Source of the DNA: Octopus sinensis
Lineage: Eukaryota
Assembly (NCBI RefSeq): GCF_006345805.1
Contig: NC_042999.1
Span: forward strand, 127,596,001 to 127,660,000
Length of the DNA: 64,000 nt
Direction of reading: 5' to 3'
The notes under the pieces are model-generated. The model was not told the DNA's origin, did no database searches, and was given only the letters and a program-made list of their open reading frames with translations. Made by a program: the position numbers and the translations under genes. This document shows positions 23,198 through 35,800 of the stretch, one piece after another (positions within the stretch are counted from its first letter, which is position 1; each line of letters opens with the position of its first letter).

Positions 23198-24564
23198 GTA
23201 CACACCCAGTTAAAGCGATTACACTAAAAAAGAAAAAAATAGATGTACTCTATATACTGATTATTAGGTCGCTATCGGCGATCCGATCATCTCGTTCGTC
23301 ATCTAACAGGATAGCAACTGAATAATTTGATCTTGTTTTGTAGTATAATCATTTCCCATACAGTTTCTTTTAGCGAGAAGAGAATGAAGTGTAATGATAG
23401 TAATTATTTTTGTAGTTGTAAACTTGAGGATAAATTTACTGTTTATTAAACAAGTCTCAGACATCTCATCAGACATATTTAAGCTTAGTGTAAGAGTTTT
23501 AGAACGTCTGCTACAAAGCATGTATCATACACACACGTATGCACATATATGCTTATGTACATGTGTTTATATATTGAAACACACACAATTACATATTCAA
23601 TTAATTCATAACCATATTCATTCACACACATTCAAACACGTTTGTTTTAACTTTGCTTGTTTAATGATTGTGCGGTCAATCATAAATGGGAGCTTGTTTG
23701 TTACGCAAATTTTCATGTGTTCGGGTTATTTTATCTCAGTTGTGACGATATTTGAAGATAGTAATATTTTCCTTTTGATCATTTGATTTTATTTTCACAT
23801 TTTGTTATTATAGTGTAACTACATAAATTGTAAAGCCGCGGGCTAATTTTATAAATTTCATTATTTCAATCATTCTTTTGCGAACTTCAAAAAAAAATTC
23901 GATTCCAATAATATATTTTAGAAGTCATTGCAGAAGTTTCTGATAGGAAAAATTGCTACTGTCCCATTCTCTCAATGTCGTCATCTTTTTCTACTTCCGA
24001 ATATCTATTTACTAAGATACGTAGCCCACTGACCGTTTTAATAGAGAGGGTGGGGCCTTTGGTATTTTTAGCAACCCGATACTTTCTTCCTCAACTCCCA
24101 TCAGTCTAATTTTAGCCACGCTTGTCGGACAGTTACGACAAAAGCTAGCATTCCCTCGTGTTTCATTAGCCTTTTTAAAAATAAATATTGATGAATCGTT
24201 TAGCCCGAGGTCAACCCTGACTGAGAACATATAATCAAAGGCATACTAGCCATGCCTTCTCATATTTTTTTAATACATATGCATTGAGTATATTATCTAA
24301 TGTATCCTTTTCTCTTTTCAAGATGTGATTTGGGTGATATTTGCTTGCTATTTCTAACAAATCGAGCGACTATATAAAAGTTCTTATTAGATGTAGTATG
24401 AACGGCTGGTGTGTCTGCTTGTGGTGAGAAGCTGTCTCCAACTACTTTTACTAATTGATTTTTATGTAACCATCTTTGTTTGCCACGTAATTTTAGAACT
24501 TCAGCAATAATATTCCATATACCGACGCTTCTCTGTGAGGGCAACATCACTTTTTTGATGATCA

Positions 24565-24570
24565 GCAATA

Positions 24571-24630
<60 letters not shown>

Positions 24631-25155
24631 TATATATATATATATATTATTTATATATATATATATTATATATAATATATATATATTATATATATATATA
24701 TATATTATATATATATATATATATATTAATATTATATATAATATATATATATATATGTATATATGTATGTGTGTATATGTATGTGTATATATGTATATAT
24801 ATACATGTATGTGTATATATATGTATATATACATGTATGTGCATATATATGTATATATACATGTATGTATGTGCATATATATATATACATGTATGTTGTG
24901 TATATACACACATACATGTATGTATGTGTATATATACACACATACATGTATGTATGTGTATATATACACACATACATGTATGTATGTGTATATATACACA
25001 CATACATGTATGTATGTGTATATATACACACATACATGTATGTATGTGTATATATACACACATACATGTATGTATGTGTATATATACACACATACATGTA
25101 TGCATATGTATATATACACACATACATGTATGCATATATATATATACACGCATAT

Positions 25156-25197
<42 letters not shown>

Positions 25198-25220
25198 GTA
25201 CATGTATATATATACATAAG

Positions 25221-25275
<55 letters not shown>

Positions 25276-25481
25276 ATATATATATATAGATAGATAGATA
25301 TATGTATATATATTTCTTTACTGCTCACAAGGGGCTAAACATAGAGGGGACAAACAAGGACAGACGAAGGGATTGAGTCGATTATATCGCCCCCAGTGCG
25401 AAACTGGTACTTTATTTATCGACCCCGAAAGGATGAAAGGCAAAGTTGACCTCGGCGGAATTTGATAGATATATAAATAGA

Positions 25482-25513
<32 letters not shown>

Positions 25514-25675
25514 GATATATATAGATATATATATATATATATGTAGTATATATATATATATAGATATATATATATATATGTATGTATATATATATATAGA
25601 TATATATATATATATATGTATGTATATATATATATATAGATATATATATGTATGTATATATATATATAGATATAT

Positions 25676-25708
<33 letters not shown>

Positions 25709-25873
25709 GATATTATATATATGTATGTATAGATATATATATATATATGTATGTATAGATATATATATATATGTATGTAGATATATATATATATAGTATG
25801 TATAGATATATATATATATGCATGTATAGATATATATATGCATGTATAGATATATGTATATATGCATGTATAG

Positions 25874-25923
<50 letters not shown>

Positions 25924-26090
25924 GTGTGTGTATATATATGTGTGTGTGTATATATACATACATATATATATGCGTGTGTGTATGTATATATATATACATA
26001 TGTATGTGTGTATATATATATATACATGTGTGTGTGTATGTATATATATATATATATTTACACTCACACAAACATATATACACAGGAACC
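24565..26090. repeat. 1.5-kb (TA)n/(CA)n/(TG)n low-complexity tract with a 30-bp minisatellite at 24901-25140
   Basis: Six exact and two variant copies of TATATACACACATACATGTATGTATGTGTA. All Ile/Tyr-rich ORFs here are artefacts. Confidence 0.95.
25312..25463 (-). mobile_element. 5'-truncated SINE family A (long-tail variant) inside the microsatellite
   Basis: TTTCTTTACTGCTCACAAGGGGCTAAAC...GACCCCGAAAGGATGAAAGGCAAAGTTGACCTCGGCGGAATTTGA, then back to (TA)n. Confidence 0.9.
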
Positions 26091-26854
26091 TGGCCCCTGT
26101 TCTTGATTAATTTCTTAATGATTGATAACTAAAGTGATTTCTAACGTGGGTACGGGAGCTACTATTTATTAAAAAAAAAAAAAAATAGTCGATTCAAACA
26201 ATCACGGTATATTCCTGGCATTTATTTTATTAATTCTATCGATCTCCCGAATGATGGAAAGCCGTGTCAAATAATGTTAATAGTGTTCAATGTATATTGT
26301 TTATTCGCTTATTTATTTAATATATACATGCATATATATTCAGTAAGAAAATTGAGAAACAAGGAATGCGATCAAAAACTATGCAGAAACAAACTTACAG
26401 AATTATGCACGCAGAAACACATCTACATATACACGGGGTTGGGGTGTATTGCTTGTATAAATTTTGGTTTATGAAAAGAGTGCGTTTAACTCATACTCAT
26501 GAATTAATAAATTAGTAGGTTTCCGATGTTGTGCCAATAGCAGTACACATTTCTACTCTATGTCCTAGCCCCCGCCCCCACTCCGATTGTTTATCCTTTG
26601 TTTTATCGATTTATTCTTCATCGCTTAATAAACGTGTGTGTGAGATAGAGAGAGATTTGTGCGTGTGTTTATTATATAAGACATTGCTTTAATATATTTG
26701 CTTTATTATTTATTTATTTTTAAATCAATGTTGACCATTTATTCAGTGTGGTAGGATTTTAATTGCCGTCCGACGTCCTTTCAACTAAATCCTCTCATGT
26801 AACTCCTAGTCTGTTACCATTTTGGTGATTTCAGTGTTTCTCAGCTCCACTCAC

Positions 26855-26936
26855 CATGCCACTCTCAGAAGAATAGCTTCGCAGACATTCTATCATACTA
26901 AATGGTATATCAGTTACGCGCGGAAGATTAGCTCGT
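26855..26936 (-). other. Candidate minus-strand exon ending in ATG|GTGAGT
   Basis: Consensus donor at 26854; open frame RANLPRVTDIPFSMIECLRSYSSESGM; possible acceptor TTCATAG| at 26937, or start ATG at 26896. Product unrecognised. Confidence 0.25.
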
Positions 26937-28469
26937 CTATGAATATTAACTATATTTATAATATTTTGAGAGTGGGATTTTTTTTTTTCAAATTGCAACT
27001 TTGTCTCAATAATTTGTTATTTTTTCTTGTTACATAATGAAACATTGTATGCTTTTAGTGTGTGTGATGGTGTGTCTGATTTCCAATTATTAGCATTCTC
27101 TGCAGTCATTTAATGAGATTAGACAATGTTCTGTTAACGAGGTGTGAAGAAATGTTAAGAACAAAAACAATACCCATTCGGAGTAGTTCGGTTGACGTAA
27201 GAACTATTATTAGCCATTCTTCTCTGCTGGCTTCACCCCCAGACATACGCACTCTAAGCATGCTCCCGTCTCCCTGCAGTTGTATCTCTTGTATTTATTT
27301 TCTCCTATAACTAATTGCAGAGGGAAATAAGAGAGCGAGAAAATGATAAAACATTGACTTTAAAACACGCTTTTAGAATAATGCTATGAAAGAAAAATTA
27401 AGTCACATGTAATTTGTCAAAAATATTTCCGAGTATCATGCCAGGACAACCTTTTATAAGATTACTGCATTTTTTTCTTTTTCTTTTCTCCACAGAAAGA
27501 TGGCTTCACATTGCTTCTCTAGTTATCCCCTCCCTCTCGTTTGTCAGAACTGTTCTCGAGTTTATTAATTTCCTTTTCTTTCAAATTTCTCGTCATAAGC
27601 TGTAGGAAATTACATTTGGAAGATGAATTTTATGTAGTTTGTAATGTAATATTGTATGATTTAATTTTCCTCGCTGGTGTTTAGTCTTGCGAGAGAAAAT
27701 CCTTTACCGTGACAAGCGAACATCGCTGATGCTAACATGTACTTGAAAGAACACAATCAGTCAATTTCGTTCTCGATTCACTGTCATTGATCACTCATTC
27801 GACTTTTATGAAACCGCCAGATTAGACGGTTTCTTTCTTCTTCTTTTTTTTCTTTCTTGGCATCGTCTTCTTTATTGGAATTATTCCATTACTTAATTTA
27901 TAAACTACATTGTATGTGCAATCTGGTTTTTAAATTTAGCACTTCGATTTTGTTGTAGTTTTTTTTATTTTATATCATTAACGTTCAATATGTTTTGGGG
28001 AAGCCAAGTAACTTCTCAAATTTACATGTGGTTTATTATGATTTTATTACTCATATTATTTAAATATATTTTGAATTTTTCATGGTATCATATCTGTGAG
28101 AAAACTAAAATATATTAATATTTCCACGTTAAATGAATACTGTTTGGTGATGAAAATATCTGAACAATTTTGGGTTTTTTTTTTAAACAAAGAGCTTGTC
28201 TAATACGAAGTGGTTCCATTCTATTTGTGCTAGCTTGCTAAATAATCTTTCCTACTATCAACTTTGGTCTGTTGTCTCAAAATGTACTATCAGTAAAATT
28301 GCGTAAGAGATAAAAATGATTTTTGCGTGTTTAATATCAGAAAATATTAACAAAAGATTGTCGATATTATAAATTTTAATACTTTATGAGCAGTAACTTT
28401 TAAATGTAGTTGCATATCGCTCTCGATATTTGTTTTTGACACAACAGAACATATTAAAAGTTGATCAAA

Positions 28470-29145
28470 ACCGATTTCAGCGGCGCCCATGCTGGGCGGA
28501 TTGTTCTCCTCCTTTTTTCGTACACTGACTTCGTAGCTGATACTGTGTTATCCAATGCGTCCTTCTACTTTTTCAGAGGAGTGTGTGATTTAACTGAAAT
28601 TTGGCTGCTAATTTTATCCATTTAAGGCGATAGCTGTGGTGAAGTTTTAATTGAAGGAATCATTCAAAGCTATTTCGGATAATATTCGGAGCCATGGAAT
28701 AGGCAATGAGAAAATTACTTTAGTGTTCATGAAGTTCCATTGGAGATAACTTTTCTTTGTAATAGGTTATTGATCATGATTGAATACTGTTGAATAAGCT
28801 TCAGTGAATTCCGTTTGTGCAAACAGTTCTTTGATGCAGAATTCTAGTACAATGATTTGGTGCAACAGACTGGTATACCCCAGAAATGCTACACTGTACT
28901 CTGATCAGGGACTAAAAGGCTTCACATGCATATTAGTGGTTGGTTGATTGTGTTGTATACGGTAGTCGGTGTCCGTTTAGCTATTCAATCTGCTCACATG
29001 TATTCTGTTGATAGAAGAGCTTGGTACAGCTATTGTTTCAAACCAGGTTTCCCTTTGGCTGAAGTGTTTGCAGTTTATGCAAACATGATGCAATGGATCT
29101 GATAATGACTTTTGTCTGAAATGAGATGGTTGCTTGATAGTATTA
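28470..29145 (+). promoter_or_regulatory. Candidate TSS / first (mostly untranslated) exon at the edge of the CpG-retaining domain
   Basis: GC-rich CAGCGGCGCCCATGCTGGGCGGATT at 28478-28502 (GC-box GGGCGG), about 600 nt with several short uORFs, possible donor ATTAA|GTAAAA near 29145; CpG density falls just after. Confidence 0.3.
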
Positions 29146-29264
29146 AGTAAAATAGTATTACAACTAAGAACAAATCCATTGTTTAAGAAGTGAAAGTAAT
29201 GAAATAATTGGAATTGGTTTCAATATATTACTGACACATCCATCTTAGAATAATTGCTTCTAAC

Positions 29265-31005
29265 ATTGGTATAAACCTGTAATTTTGAAGGGAGGGGCAA
29301 GTTGAGTATATCAACCCAGTTCTTGACTCATACTTTATTTCATCAACCCCAAAAGGATGAAAAGCAAAATCAACTTTGGTGGAATTTGAACTTAAAACAT
29401 AAAGAGCTGGAAGATATACCTCAAAGCATTTTGTTCAACATGCTAATGATTCTGCCGTTTTGCCATTTTTATCCATCTCAGAATCTTTCTTTCTAATTTT
29501 GATACAATGCCGGCAATTTTTAGTGGAAGGAGAAATCAGTTATATTGACGCCAGTGCTCAACTAGTACCTATTCTTTGACCTAGGAAGGATGAATTTGAG
29601 CTCAGAATATAATGAGTCAGAAGAAATGTTGCCTAGCATTTTGTCCAACGTGTTACAAATCTGCAATTTAGTTTACTGCCTTTAACCTTCTCAGACTAAT
29701 AAAATGCAAAGCTAGACCCAGTTGGATTTTGAACTCAGAATGGTGAATCACTGAACTAGATAGTATGAACCTGTCCAACTCAGTACTATGCTATATCCCT
29801 GCTATCTTGAGTGCCCTGCCTGTTAACAATAACATTCAGTCAAGCAGTAATGATGCAGTGTTACATTATATAATTTCTCCTCCCTGTGAACAACAAGCAG
29901 TAAGGTATGTTTGGTCAGAGGCTAAATTGTGATAGAAAGGTGGTGAGGTGGGTGATTTATCTAGAACAGGAAGTGATTATTTATAGCTTCTTATCAAACT
30001 CTGCTTAATGTCGAAAGCTTATCAGATGTCCAGATCAGATTTACCTTGACCTTCTGCTTTTTTATCTTTCCTAATCTTTGCAAAAGTTGAAACAACAACT
30101 TAAGGTATAGGTCAAGGGTTAATAATAATAGTAAAAAATGATTTCTTTTATTGGTCACAAGCCTCCCAAAATGTTGAAGATATTACAAAGGCAAGATGCA
30201 AACAAGAAATAGTGTGGCGTAGGTATATGAAGTGAAAGGGTAAGACCAGCACTAACATCCAAGACATAAGTAAGTAGACAGCAATAACAATATAGAAAAA
30301 TGAAATAATAAGAAAGTGTCCCCCAAAATAGTGGAGGTGGGGAGGTCAGAACACTTAAGTCAACTGCAGTACATGACTGGTATTTTATTTTATGCCCCTT
30401 CCCATCCAGAAGGATGAAAGGCAAAGATTATCTCTACAGGTTTTGAACTCACAATGTTAAGGGCTGTGACTAAGTAATGCAAATTATTTTTATCCAATGC
30501 TCAAACAATTCTGCCTACCCACCACCACCTACTAATAATGATTCTTAACTTGCAGTTAAAGCTGGGGTTTTTTCTTTTTATTTTAAAAAAGATTTTTTTT
30601 TTCTAAGTTGCAACAGAATAATTGATATGCTGTCTAGATGAATTTTAGAATCTAATCCATTTATTATTGTTGAAGGGTGATGAATGGCAGAGCATTGGAC
30701 AAAATGCCTAAGAGTGTAGATGGGTCCTTCTCAAATCTTGCCAAGGCTGACTTAATTTTACATCTTACTAGTGATGATACTTATACTATCAAACATTAGT
30801 TATTTAATCAAATGTCCTCTTCCTACAAATTTCTAACCTTGTGCCTATAGTAGAAAAGATTATTGTTATTCATCCATTTTACAATCTGAGTTCAAATGCT
30901 ACTGAGGTCGACTTTACCTTTCATCCTTTTGGGGTTAATAAAATTAGTACCAATCAAGCACTAGGGCCAATGTAATCCACTAGCCTCTTCCTGCAAAATT
31001 TCAGG
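29265..31005. mobile_element. Series of CpG-decayed SINE family A copies (about 29265-29465 -, 29490-29660 -, 30155-30520 -, 30670-31005 +)
   Basis: Same SINE core with TG/CA at consensus CG sites, e.g. CATCAACCCCAAAAGGATGAAAAGCAAAATCAACTTTGGTGGAATTTGAAC. Confidence 0.75.
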
Positions 31006-31030
31006 CTGTCAGCAGCAATATTTCCTATAA

Positions 31031-31706
31031 GCTATAATATAAATTGGACATGGGCGATCGTTGTAGTCATTCTTGTCTTGAGGCTCATAGCCAAACGGCT
31101 GGGTGGATTCATGTGAAAAATGGCACACATGTGGAAATGGGTGCATAGATTGCAGTTTGTATTTATTTCCTAGCCCCCATAGTTACCGAGAAAATCGATC
31201 AAAACTTTTCTAATGGAATTCCCCTGTTTATTCTGCCATTAAAACAACCACTTGCTCACACAGCTGGCATATACCATTTTGCTAGCAACAGGAGGCGTAC
31301 AGGATGACAGTCAGCCAAAACTTTCACTATGCTGTCTCACTTCTTTCTGAGGTTAATAATCTTCTTCTTTCTGAGGTTAATAATCTTCATCTTTAGTTAT
31401 AGTTTCTCATTCAAACTACATAATAGGCAGAATTGTTGGATTAAGACTGTAGGGTGTTTTGAGGGAGATTTGGCTGCTATTTCTACCAGGTCTAGCTACC
31501 ATGTAGAGGTCTGAACTTAATTTTCATTCACATATTTGCATTTCAAAAATTTAACATAATCTTTTCCATAAATTAGCTATCTTAAAAATTTTATACGAAT
31601 ACCAAAATGATAAGGTTGAGAAACTCTGTTATAGATTATGCCTAATCGAAAACAATCACAGCCACATCATCCAAACAGACTGAGTGAAACCGGGCTTAGC
31701 TGCTAG
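31031..31706 (+). mobile_element. Older non-autonomous Helitron-like element
   Basis: Starts A|GCTATAATATAAATT (TC-start variant); ends with degenerate hairpin ACTGAGTGAAACCGGG...GCTGCTAG|T; contains an inserted SINE fragment at about 31440-31510. Confidence 0.5.
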
Positions 31707-32065
31707 TGAAATATAAGAAAGATGTTTGTAATATGCTATTAGAAAGAGGAAGCAGAAGACAAAGGAAAAATGTATGAAGCAGTGAAAGAGAGATAGAGAG
31801 AACTTGTGTTTGCAGCTTTAAGGGAAGAAATTAGAGGATGTTAAAGAGAAATGAGTCCTGTAACCCCTTCAATGAATCATTGGTTTCCTAAAGGAGTCTT
31901 ATCTATATAACTACATCTTAGGAAAATGTTGCTAGAATAGTGTGATTTGACAGAGATATATATAAAAGTAATTACTTTTTGTTCCTGATAGTCAAATGAT
32001 GATTTAAAATTTTATACACAAGTTATTAACGTCAAAAGCAATATTATAAATCGTCTTTTAATATA

Positions 32066-32109
<44 letters not shown>

Positions 32110-34048
32110 ATATTGAAACAAAAGAGTCATTAAAATCAGCAGCAATATTTCCTATAAAGGACCTTCCCCACCCTCAAGGAAAAAAAATTGGGGCTGCGAA
32201 AACATCAATGGTGGCCAAATATATTATTTGTCTTGAGTTTATTTCATCAGGTTATTAAAAATGAATTTTTAATATATCTTAGATTTTATTACTCCATTTA
32301 AATTAGAATCTGCAATGAAAGTTGATAGACTTATATAAAACTAAAAATATGTCAGAGACTTAAAACTAAAGAGATCACAGTATTTTGTAAACACACATAT
32401 ACAAGAACTGGTAGAATATAATTGAACTTAATGATCACCAACAAATAGGAAGTAAGCATTATTCATTACTACTTTTGGTAATGCCTTGATTTTTTTCAGG
32501 TGGGGATTTTTCTTGACAGTGTTAAAGGTTGGAATTACTGTTTTGAACAAAAAACCTATTTTAACCAGCTTGACAAAAATTTGCGTTTTTTTTCTCTTCC
32601 TAATTTATCCCCTACTCTTCATTAAGTTGTCCCATATTTAAAATGCACAAGATATTTCATGTGTTATGGAAAATGATGTTGAATAAACATTCTGTATCAT
32701 ATCAGTTGGCACAACTAATTCATTGAATCAATATAGTAGGAAATTTTGTCATTTTCTGAAGACATTTGTCTATTTCTATGATTCTATTAAGGAAAACATG
32801 GGAAAATGTCTTTGAGGTGAGAGAATTAGATAATATAGAGAGAGAATTGATGAAAGGTAATCTGTGGGAGAATAAAAGACATGAGGGGAAGCAAAGAACA
32901 AATGTGAGAGTGATGTGATAAAAACATTTGTTGTAAGCATTTCTAAATAGTGTGAATCTGTGTGTATGAAATGTATGCACATATATGTGAATCTATGTGC
33001 ATGAAATGTATGCACATATAAAAATTTAATAATTAGTCTTTGAGGTTCCATTAATGTGCCTTGATTCATTTGGATACTCAATAAATGAAACTGGAATTTT
33101 GGTTTGCATTTAATTTGCTCTGCTTATAGAAGAGTAGACTACTATATGTATAAATGCTGTATATGAAGATTATAATAAGGGAATGGGCAAGGGGGAATTT
33201 GTCACATTTATGTTATATTTGTTGTATACTCTCTATACTCTTTTTTCTTTATTCTGTTTAAATTATGGTATTCAACTTTCATATAATTTTCTTTTCTGTG
33301 CATAGCTCCTTGAGTTTTGTTTTCTAGTACACATACCTTGTAGATAGATAAGAAGTTGGTAAACTTAGCAAATCATATACTATTGAAATGAATATACATG
33401 CTAATTCAATTATATTCTATTTTTTTAGCATTTCTTTAAAGTTCAATTAGAGTAATATTGTTGGAAAATTACCATTTTATAATTCATTTCTGCGTAACAA
33501 AAGTAGTCCTCATTGCCCTGTGATAAACTCCTTATGCACCATAAATCCTTATCAATATTCATTTCATGACATATAGCTATAGTCTTTTATATTATAGCTC
33601 TCTTTCTCTCTCTCTCTCCCCCCTTACCTCTCACCCAATCCTATAACAAAGAATTTTTCAATCAGCTCATAATTCTTTCATCTCACTGCATAAAACAGGT
33701 GTTTTCTGTTTTTAACAATGTTTCATGTAAAATAGAAAGTATATTAAATTGTGCTACTTTTAAAATTTGATTTCCATTTTAATTAGATCATGTTTTTTTT
33801 TCTGTGTGGTTTGATTTTTCAGTAAATGTTTGTAAAATAAAAAAGAGAAAGAGGGAAAAGAAAAGGGTGCATACGTATGTGTGTGTGCATGTACATGTAT
33901 GTACAGATAGATACAGTACAAAATGAAAGAAACCCTTGGTTTTTAAAATGGAAGACTAAGCACCTATAAAAAAAATATTTATGAATAAACATTTTGTTGA
34001 CAAGATATAGAATTAAGAATTGTCAAAAAGGTAAACTTTCAAATAGAG

Positions 34049-35118
34049 CAATGGTTCTCAACAATTCTTTTACCTATTGACTCCTTAGGTGACTATTTTA
34101 CTCTCATGAACCCCCATAACCATTCAATGTTTAAAAACTAGTTTTATACATACTTTTTTTCAAAATTCCTACACTGATTTTAACACTTTCATTTGCATAG
34201 GTTTGCAATAGCATTCTCTGATGGGACATGTTTCAGTGGCTGGAAACATCTTTCATGAAACCTTAGAACACGTTTGTGGTTCTCCAATTTACTAATTTGC
34301 TTCCTATTTTGTTTTTCACATACCCACTTGTGTAGGTTTACAATAGCACTCTGAGAGAACTTGTTTCAGTGACCAGAAACATGTTGAAGTATTGGGTTGT
34401 CTGGAAAGTTCATGCCGATTGTTAAAGGAAAGAAAAAGGTCAATAAATACTTGCCATTACACTTTTAAGCAACCAAATATGAACCATTGCACAATGCGTC
34501 TCCATCTTTCCTTTAACTTGAAAATACCCTCTTCCCAGAATTGAGATGGTTTCATGGCAAAGAATTCATCAAGGTATCTTTTTACGTCATCTAAGGAATT
34601 AAAATTTTTACCATTAAGACTATTCTGCAGAGACCTAAATAAATAGAAATCCGAAGGAGCAATATCTGGTGAATATGGAGGGTGGGGTAACACATCCCAG
34701 CCGAGCTGCAGCAATTTTTGTCTGGTTCCCAAAGCATCAAGTGCCGAAAATGAACTTACTTATCTTCCATTTTCAAGAGTTACAGAATTAGCACAGGTTA
34801 TAAGGAACATAAACCTTCTTCCACAAAAAGATAGCTTAAACTGTGCTCTAAATGGAGGTGTAGTCAAATCCTATTTTATTAACTCAACCATGTTCTAAAA
34901 TAAGTTGAAAGGTAAGCTACTATAAATCTGCACGAACTTTCTGGACAACCCAATATATATAACATTGGAGAAAGGAACTTTGCTGTTTCTTTCAATAAGT
35001 ATAACTAAAGCAGAATATTTTCATGAACCTTTAAAATACCACTGTGGATCCCCAATTTACTATTTTGCTTGCTTTGGACCCCATAAAATCTTATATGGTC
35101 TCTGGTTGAGAACTACTG
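34049..35118. mobile_element. hAT (Charlie-like) MITE with a nested mariner
   Basis: TIRs CAATGGTTCTCAAC / GTTGAGAACTACTG; exact 8-bp TSD AAATAGAG at 34041-34048 and 35119-35126. Confidence 0.88.
34392..34953 (-). mobile_element. Internally deleted mariner (562 bp) retaining the transposase C-terminus
   Basis: 29-bp TIRs TTGGGTTGTCTGGAAAGTTCATGCCGATT / AATCTGCACGAACTTTCTGGACAACCCAA flanked by TA. ORF 34457-34732 encodes LGWDVLPHPPYSPDIAPSDFYLFRSLQNSLNGKNF (YSPDLAPSD motif). Confidence 0.95.
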
Positions 35119-35584
35119 AAATAGAGTTCTTCCTGGTTGTTAAATAAGACCTATCAATTGGGAAAGCCAGCATAAAAATAATTCAAAACATAATGATGAG
35201 TAAAAGATGCAAATGAGTACAAGGGAGTATTTCTCTGATTTAAGAAATGCTGGTTTGTGTGTATAACAAGTGTCATTTTGTTTTCTGATGGGAGGACAAT
35301 GCGCATAGCTTTTTTGGCCTTCCTATACTGAGGATTACAAATAATTGAATGGTGTTAATGCAGTCAATTTTTTGTTTGTAAAGACTTTTAAATACATGGT
35401 TTCAAATGTGTGAGATGGATATAGCTGATGAGATCAATCCACTCAACTAGAACATTTACACTGGAAACTGGGTTTTTAGATATCTTTGTCACTGCATTAG
35501 TGGTACTAACACTTGTGAATCCATTTTGATAGAGTTTCTTATTGATAAATATAGAAACCCATTTTACTTTTACTTTCAGAGGAC

Positions 35585-35800
35585 TGAATTGGCGGAGTTG
35601 TTACAGAATCAATTAAAATGCCTTGTATTTATTGTGGCTTCTTGAATTCTGAGTTTAAATCATGCCAAGGTCAATTTTGCTTTCATCCTTTTGGGGGCAA
35701 TAAATAAAGAACCAGTTTGGAGCAGTGAAATGGCAGAATTAGTAGAGCATTTGATGCTTTGCAGAATTTCCTCTACCCCTTTCCATTCTGAGTTCAAATT
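35585..35800 (+). mobile_element. CpG-decayed SINE family A copies
   Basis: TTCTGAGTTTAAATCATGCCAAGGTCAATTTTGC and TTCTGAGTTCAAATTCTGCCACAG. Confidence 0.65.

Noticed and set aside
24480-26132. Many long ORFs (up to 269 aa) rich in Ile/Tyr/His/Cys
   Set aside because: Translations of (TA)n/(CA)n/(TG)n microsatellite, which lacks stops in several frames; not genes.
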